DNA from: Alkalispirochaeta sp.
GTDB taxonomy: Bacteria > Spirochaetota > Spirochaetia > DSM-27196 > Alkalispirochaetaceae
Assembly: GCA_965242725.1 (NCBI GenBank)
Contig: CBDESZ010000001.1
Coordinates: 32,001-96,000, forward strand
Direction of reading: 5' to 3'
DNA: 64,000 nucleotides
In this document: piece by piece, positions 58,500-64,000 of the stretch
Position numbering within the stretch: the first letter of the stretch is position 1
Layout of the letters: the number at the start of each line of letters is the position of its first letter
Position numbers and translations under genes: made by a program
The notes under the pieces: generated by a model
Databases searched by the model: none
What the model saw: the letters and a program-made list of their open reading frames with translations, nothing else
Told to the model about the DNA's origin: nothing

Positions 58500-59426
58500 T
58501 TACCAACATAACGACTCCCTGTCACGTATCGATGTAACGGTTTCCACGATGTGTTCGACGCGATGTTCCAGACTGTGGGTTGATAGCGCCAATCCGGCGA
58601 TTCCCCGTTTGATGAGTGAAATCTTTGCGTGTCGTGACAGGACAATCGGTATTTCCGGACTCACGTCCGACTTTCGGAGACGATGCAACGACAACGGAAA
58701 GGCGCCCGTTGCAAAGGCGCAGGTGGAAACATTTTCGTAGATACCACCATTGGATTGGGAAATGTGATGGTCCGGCAGGACGAAGGAACGTTCCCGTCCC
58801 TTTACCCGGCCATATGGATCAACGTCTCCCGTCAACGCGTCCGCCCTCCGAAGATTTGTCTTTCTTTTTTCGATCAAATGGCCACCGAGGACGGACACCA
58901 CATCTACCCATCGGGACGAAACGTGGTCATCAGGGTCGAGAATCCAGGTAACGTCCGGCGGTGACTCGTGCGTCAGCAATTCTACCGCCGCGGAGGCAAC
59001 GCTGCCCGGGCGACCTGCAAGTACAACCCGGTCCGAGTGAATTACATCCTTGCATGGTCCGGATCTTCCATTGACCGTAACGCCCCGCGTATCTCCGTGC
59101 AGTAAAACGCGCATGGGTAACCGCATCGAAGTTCCGTCGTCAAGTGCGATATCGATCTCCCTGTCCCGGTGGCTGAGCAATCTGCCGTAGAGGACGGTAC
59201 CGTGCTTCAGGACGTCCTCCGGGCGCAGAACAAGTCTATCAATCGGGAATCCGGCGGCCACGGCGGCCGGTACGTAGGGGTCTACGGCAATGGGCGATTG
59301 CGTTAAGAGGACGGTCCATGTGCTCTGTTGGAGCCTCACGGCCCATTGGAGGGCCGCGAGGCTCCCACCGACCACGACGCACGGCGCTTCATCGCGCAGA
59401 GTGTTCATCATTCCTTCCATGGCCAT
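58500..59426 (-). CDS. Hypothetical protein, degenerate FAD/NAD-dependent oxidoreductase-like
   Basis: GAGAGGAG RBS; VVVGGSLAALQWAVRL resembles a Rossmann GxGxxG start, and VVLAG..G...A.EL and VDPYGR resemble later motifs of that fold. Confidence 0.5.
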   Translation of the reverse strand: MAMEGMMNTLRDEAPCVVVGGSLAALQWAVRLQQSTWTVLLTQSPIAVDPYVPAAVAAGFPIDRLVLRPEDVLKHGTVLYGRLLSHRDREIDIALDDGTSMRLPMRVLLHGDTRGVTVNGRSGPCKDVIHSDRVVLAGRPGSVASAAVELLTHESPPDVTWILDPDDHVSSRWVDVVSVLGGHLIEKRKTNLRRADALTGDVDPYGRVKGRERSFVLPDHHISQSNGGIYENVSTCAFATGAFPLSLHRLRKSDVSPEIPIVLSRHAKISLIKRGIAGLALSTHSLEHRVEHIVETVTSIRDRESLCW

Positions 59427-59478
59427 GCTCCTCTCACACGTCGCCCGCCCCCCCGGGGAAGGGGGGCCGAGGTAAGAA

Positions 59479-62400
59479 TTAACCGCCCGGCTGAACCGGA
59501 TGGTTCTTTGTAAACAATGATCCGAGATCGTCCATGACCGAATAAAAGACGGGAATGACGATCATCGTGAGGAACGTCGCCGCGGTCATGCCGCCGATGA
59601 CTGCCACCGCAAGGGGTGAAAAGCGCTCCGCCCCGAGGGCCCATTCCATCGCCAGGGGTATCATCCCCACGATCGTGGACAGCGAGGTCATCATGATCGG
59701 ACGAAAACGCGCCTCCACCGACGACTCGATTGCCCGTCGGCGATCGTCACCGGCCTCCCGTCGCTGCTGAATGAAGTCGATAAGAATGATCGAGTTGTTC
59801 ACGACGATTCCGATGAGCAGAATGAGTCCCACCAGCACGGGCATCGAGACGGGCATTTCCGCTATCCAGAGGGCCGCGGCTATACCGATGAGGCTGAGGG
59901 GAACGGCGACCATGACGGTAATGGGGTGGGCAAATGAGCGGAATTGCGCCACCAGCAGGAGATAGACTGCAATGAAGGCGATCCCCAGTGCGCCCGCCAG
60001 TTCGCCCCGGGACTCGGCCATGTCTTTTTCTTCTCCCTCCAGGGTAAGGCTGTACCCGTCGGGCACGGTCATAGTAGCAAGTGCCGTTCCCACATCCTGA
60101 GAAACAAAGTTCAGGGGCCGCCCCTGATGCAGTGCCAGAATATCCAGGGTCGGCTGGAGGTTTTCCCGTGTTACCAGTCCCTGAACGGTCACTTCCCGTC
60201 CCTGTGTGACGGCACCGACGGGCACCGTCGTCCCCGCCCGTCCGGCAAAGGCGCGCACCTCGAAGGCGTCGTCCCGGTCCCGGCGATACTCCGGCGCGTA
60301 GCGTACGCGTATAGGTGTATCGGCAGTGCCCGTTGACCCGCCATCTTCACCCCGGTAGACGCCGGCGCTGACGCCGTCAAGGGATTGGACCAGCTCGCGG
60401 GAGAGGTCGCTGGGGGGGATGCCGAGCTCCCGGGCGCGGTTTATGTCGACGGTGAGGGTGACACTGCGCTGGTCCAATCGCCAGCTCCGGTAGGCGTTCA
60501 CCGTACCCGGGACGCCTGCTACCGTCTCCAGCACCTCGTCGCCGAGGCGGTCAAGGATCATCGGATCAGGCCCTTTGAGACTCACGACAATCGAGGACGC
60601 CGTGGTCGATTTTGCGGTACTACCGGACTCGCGAACAACAAAGTTCTCAATACCGGGTACCCGGGCAATTCGCCGGCGCAGCCGGTCCTGGATCTCCCAT
60701 ATCGTTTCCTCCCGCTCGGTCCGGGGTGTCCACGTCGCCGTTATGTACCCCTGCGTCGGTCCCTGGACGCCGCCTCCGCCGAAGGAGGTCATTCCCGGTT
60801 CAAATCCTATTTGCGAGGAAAGCCGTTCAAGTTCGTCTTCACCGAGAATGATCGCTTCCACCTCCGCCACCACCCGTTCCGTCTCCTCCAGAGAGGAGCC
60901 GGAAGGCGTCTCGATGGTGACAAAGGTGTCACCTCCGTCCATCTTCGGCAGGAGTTCCATTCCGAGGGACAACAGGATACGGGCACCCAGGACAAACAGG
61001 ATTGCCGCTGAGAGGAGCACCACCCACCGGTGTCGGAGAGCCCACTTCAATCCGTGGACGTAGAGGAAGCGCAGTCCGTCCATCATCACCCCCCAGGGGC
61101 GCGCGGCGATCTGCGCCAGGCGCTCCATTCTGCCGCCGCCGGCGGTGACTTTCATCGTAAGAATGGGCACAAGCATGAGCGCCACCAGCAGAGACGATAC
61201 AAAGGCGATGATCATCGTACCGGCGAGGGGTCCAAAGGTCTTTCCAACAAAGCCGTAGAGAAAGAGGAGAGGGATCAGAACGGTGATGGTCGTTGCGTTG
61301 CCGGCAAAAACGGCAAACTGTATCTCCTTTGCCCCTTCAAAGGCCGCCTGGAAGGGCGTCATGCCGCCGGCCCCCGGAGCGTTGCCCTCCTGATAGTGAC
61401 GGGTAATGTTTTCCAGCACGACGACGGAGGCGTCAACGACCATTCCCACAGCGAGAATGATGGCGGTAAGGGTCACCAGGTCCACCTGAATCCCGAAGAG
61501 CATCATTCCCGCAAAGGTGAGCAGAAAGGACATCGGCATCGATATGGCCACCACCAGTCCGCGGCGGAAACTCCCGAGAAAGAGGAAAATGATGATCGTC
61601 GCCAGGGCGAGAGCCTGTCCGACGGCGCCGAGCATGTTTCCCACGACCTGTTCCGTAAAGGACGCACTCTCGTCGGCGACGACGGCCTCCACGTCGGGAT
61701 ACCGCTGGGAAATGGCGGTAAACGCCTCCCCAACGAGACCGACAACCTCCACGGTGTTGGCGTCTTCCTGTTTGAATATCTGCATGGCAACGGCATTTCG
61801 GCCGTCCACCCGGAAGCGGGAGAGATCTTCACCCGAGCCTGTTTCGATCCGGGCGAGATCACCCACGAGAACCCGTTGTCCCGACGGGGTGGTCATCGGT
61901 ATGGAGGCGATGTCCTCAATCGTGCGGCTCTGCTGATCGACGCGAAAGCTGTACTGTCGCCCTTCACTGCGAATTTCTCCGGCAGGGAGACTGACATTGT
62001 GGGATCGGATCGCCTCCACCACCGCCCCAAGGGGCAGGTTGTGCGCTTCCAGTCTGGTTCTATCCACTCTGACCGAGAGTTCCGGCTGATAACCGCCAAA
62101 GACGTCTACCAGGGCAACCCCGTCCACTCTCTGCAGCTCCGGGGCAAGAATATCTTCAGCGAGATTTCGCACCGCCACCATGTCTTCCCCAATCAGCCCC
62201 ATGGTGACGACCGGTCGGTCGCTGGTGGAAAACTTCAGGACCTGGGGCTCCGCAATGGTACCGGGAAGGCGCGCGCGAATACGGGAAATGGCGTTCTGCA
62301 CATCCACCGCGGCGAGATCCACCGACGTGTCATATCGAAACTCCACGGTCACGAGGGAGAGTCCGTTCTGTGAGGTGGAGGTGACGCGGTCGACACCTTC

Positions 62401-62622
62401 CAGGGAGGCGACCTCCTCCTCAATGGGGTCCGACACCAGATCAGCCACGTCCTCCGCGGCGGCGCCGGGATAGGAGGTCAAGACGTTGACCAGGGGAGGC
62501 GCCGTATCGGGGAAGAGCTGAATCGGCAGGTTTATATATGAGAGAATTCCAAAGATCACCGCTGCGATAAAGAGGGGGTAGATGGTATATCGATTTTTCA
62601 GGGAATAGTCGGAGAGTGCCAT
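59479..62622 (-). CDS. RND efflux transporter permease (AcrB/AcrD/AcrF superfamily)
   Basis: 1047 aa; motifs YPGA.AE.V, GMVVDASVVVLENI, GIVVNNSIILID and RFRPIMMT. Confidence 0.95.
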   Translation of the reverse strand: MALSDYSLKNRYTIYPLFIAAVIFGILSYINLPIQLFPDTAPPLVNVLTSYPGAAAEDVADLVSDPIEEEVASLEGVDRVTSTSQNGLSLVTVEFRYDTSVDLAAVDVQNAISRIRARLPGTIAEPQVLKFSTSDRPVVTMGLIGEDMVAVRNLAEDILAPELQRVDGVALVDVFGGYQPELSVRVDRTRLEAHNLPLGAVVEAIRSHNVSLPAGEIRSEGRQYSFRVDQQSRTIEDIASIPMTTPSGQRVLVGDLARIETGSGEDLSRFRVDGRNAVAMQIFKQEDANTVEVVGLVGEAFTAISQRYPDVEAVVADESASFTEQVVGNMLGAVGQALALATIIIFLFLGSFRRGLVVAISMPMSFLLTFAGMMLFGIQVDLVTLTAIILAVGMVVDASVVVLENITRHYQEGNAPGAGGMTPFQAAFEGAKEIQFAVFAGNATTITVLIPLLFLYGFVGKTFGPLAGTMIIAFVSSLLVALMLVPILTMKVTAGGGRMERLAQIAARPWGVMMDGLRFLYVHGLKWALRHRWVVLLSAAILFVLGARILLSLGMELLPKMDGGDTFVTIETPSGSSLEETERVVAEVEAIILGEDELERLSSQIGFEPGMTSFGGGGVQGPTQGYITATWTPRTEREETIWEIQDRLRRRIARVPGIENFVVRESGSTAKSTTASSIVVSLKGPDPMILDRLGDEVLETVAGVPGTVNAYRSWRLDQRSVTLTVDINRARELGIPPSDLSRELVQSLDGVSAGVYRGEDGGSTGTADTPIRVRYAPEYRRDRDDAFEVRAFAGRAGTTVPVGAVTQGREVTVQGLVTRENLQPTLDILALHQGRPLNFVSQDVGTALATMTVPDGYSLTLEGEEKDMAESRGELAGALGIAFIAVYLLLVAQFRSFAHPITVMVAVPLSLIGIAAALWIAEMPVSMPVLVGLILLIGIVVNNSIILIDFIQQRREAGDDRRRAIESSVEARFRPIMMTSLSTIVGMIPLAMEWALGAERFSPLAVAVIGGMTAATFLTMIVIPVFYSVMDDLGSLFTKNHPVQPGG

Positions 62623-63746
62623 TATTCTCCCCCTTCCGCCGTCACCGCATAGACGGCGGCACCGTCGCGAAGACTGCTTACGTTGGTGACGGCCACCGGA
62701 TCGATGCCGTTCCAGTCAAAGACCGCGGCGATCCAGCCGTCCTGAGAGATTCCCAGGCTCACATCAATCCGGCGTACCCGGTCGTCGGATACCAGATAGA
62801 TGTGGGGCCGACCATCGCGATCGGCGATTGCCCTCGTCGGAACCGCCACCGTCGCCTTCTGACGTTCCGCGATAAACTCCGTCCGAATGGAGGCGCCCTT
62901 CCGGGGCAGGGCCATCGCCCCGGAGTCCGCCCCGGCTGACCCGGCCCCGGTGTCCGCCGCAGGCGAGGCGGCCGCGGGAGCGCCGGTCGCCGGAATAGGT
63001 ATGGTCACCGAAAACGTCCGTGCCGGACCGGATGACGTTGGAGAAATTGCCGCTACGGAGGAGTCCACCCTGCGTCCCGGGGAAAGCTGCAACTCCACCG
63101 CGGTCCCAATCTCAATTCCTCGGCCCAGATCCTCTTCAATAACGTCTACCCGGATCTCTCGCGTCGCGTCGCCGATGAGGATCAGCGGCTGTCCCGGCAT
63201 CACGGGCTGACCGATCTCCGCCGGCCAGTCGAGGACCGTTCCGTGAAAGGGGGCGGTAACGACCGTCTTGGCAAGCTGAGCCTGTGCTTCCGCCAGACCC
63301 GCCCGGGCGGTACGGTACGCCCGTTCGCTGGAATCCGCCTGTTCCGGGGCGAGCGCTCCCTGGTCGACGAGGCGGCGATCGGTGTCGTAGCGCCTGCGCC
63401 AGTAGTCCACTTCCGCCTGCAGGCGGCTCACCGCCGCCTCCGTCTCGGGAGAGTCCAGACGGGCCAAGACGTTCCCGGCGGAAAACGCGTCGCCTTCCTG
63501 CACCGGAAGTTCCACAAGGGTGCCCTGAATCCGGGCGATGATTTGCACTTCCTGCCGTGCAAAGACGGTACCGACGTAGGGTATGCGGCGTTCCAGGGTC
63601 ATTTCCCGTGGCATTTCCGCCCGTATTGCCACCGGTCGGGGACCCTGCTCCGCGTCGGATCCGACGGAGGGACTCCGCCCGGCGGAACACCCGGAGACGG
63701 CAAGAACAACGATAAAAAGGAACACAATTCGTACTATCTGTTTCAT
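62622..63746 (-). CDS. RND periplasmic adaptor (MFP) lipoprotein
   Basis: Lipobox VSGC, lipoyl-like V.EGD....G..L..LD, APFHG and AVP..AI. Confidence 0.92.
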   Translation of the reverse strand: MKQIVRIVFLFIVVLAVSGCSAGRSPSVGSDAEQGPRPVAIRAEMPREMTLERRIPYVGTVFARQEVQIIARIQGTLVELPVQEGDAFSAGNVLARLDSPETEAAVSRLQAEVDYWRRRYDTDRRLVDQGALAPEQADSSERAYRTARAGLAEAQAQLAKTVVTAPFHGTVLDWPAEIGQPVMPGQPLILIGDATREIRVDVIEEDLGRGIEIGTAVELQLSPGRRVDSSVAAISPTSSGPARTFSVTIPIPATGAPAAASPAADTGAGSAGADSGAMALPRKGASIRTEFIAERQKATVAVPTRAIADRDGRPHIYLVSDDRVRRIDVSLGISQDGWIAAVFDWNGIDPVAVTNVSSLRDGAAVYAVTAEGGE

Positions 63747-63751
63747 ATGGA

Positions 63752-64000
63752 TTACTCCTCGATTAATGTCTGCGCGAGAGCGGGTGAAAGATTTCCCGCA
63801 ATTTCGTGGTAGGAGATGTACGAAAGAAGCTGCTCATACCGCAGACTTCGTTCGTGCATGTTCATTTCAAGCAGGGTTGCCTCCGCGGCCAGGAGATCAC
63901 TCAGGGATGAACGCCCTTCTTCGTAGCGCTTCTCCGTTGCCGCAACCGATATTTCCTGACGTGCCACAGCATTTGACAGCAACTCCCGCCGCGCTTCGGC
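63752..64000 (-). CDS. TolC family outer membrane factor (C-terminal part only)
   Basis: RYEEGRSSLSDLLAAE matches the OMF C-terminal repeat; lies directly upstream of MFP-RND; frame runs off the window. Confidence 0.8.
   Translation of the reverse strand, partial: AEARRELLSNAVARQEISVAATEKRYEEGRSSLSDLLAAEATLLEMNMHERSLRYEQLLSYISYHEIAGNLSPALAQTLIEE

Noticed and set aside
59441..59468. G/C-run element (possible G-quadruplex or terminator)
   Set aside because: Explained by a simple C-run/G-run hairpin after the RND stop; it has no U-tract and too few G-runs on one strand.
61030..62373. 447-aa plus-strand ORF
   Set aside because: Antisense shadow of the RND permease.
1..64000. CRISPR arrays, tRNA/rRNA, IS elements, prophage or defence genes
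   Set aside because: No regularly spaced repeats, RNA gene signatures, transposase, integrase or nuclease ORFs were seen by inspection.

Overview
Chromosomal window from a GC-rich bacterium, most likely a free-living spirochete (Spirochaetales). The evidence is solute-binding proteins with 'FAxGxxE' signal ends, a spirochete-type MCP and an Msp-like outer-membrane protein; this is inferred, not from a database search. I see no rRNA, tRNA, CRISPR array or transposase. 1-27.3 kb is a regulator-dense carbohydrate/organic-acid catabolic region: DeoR, frameshifted EamA, LacI, TctCBA, nitroreductase/UDG pair, SorC-type regulator, an E3-less TPP-dependent E1a/E1b/E2 complex with UlaE, SgcQ/BtpA, DeoR, two FGGY kinases (one frameshifted), an M29 aminopeptidase, an AllA-like cupin, DhaKL with an LsrB/RhaS-like sugar ABC transporter, and LacI. 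27.4-34.5 kb holds an aldo/keto reductase, RecQ, an MCP and a diguanylate cyclase. 34.5-44.5 kb is a second, F8-like chemosensory cluster lacking cheY and cheD. It is split into two units, each with a consensus sigma-54 promoter and the same 14-bp palindromic enhancer, and lies next to a PAS kinase/NtrC-type activator pair. 44.5-53.7 kb holds a PLP aminotransferase, a CpdB-like nucleotidase and a TetR-YbhGFSR-like ABC exporter. 53.7-59.4 kb holds an MCP pseudogene, a TPR protein, a probable beta-barrel OMP, an unknown exported protein, an atypical OmpR regulator and a degenerate flavoprotein-like ORF. 59.5-64 kb is an RND efflux system with a partial TolC. The best novelty candidates are the uncharacterised sugar pathway, the sigma-54-wired CheY-less chemosensory module and the OMP/pseudo-receiver locus.
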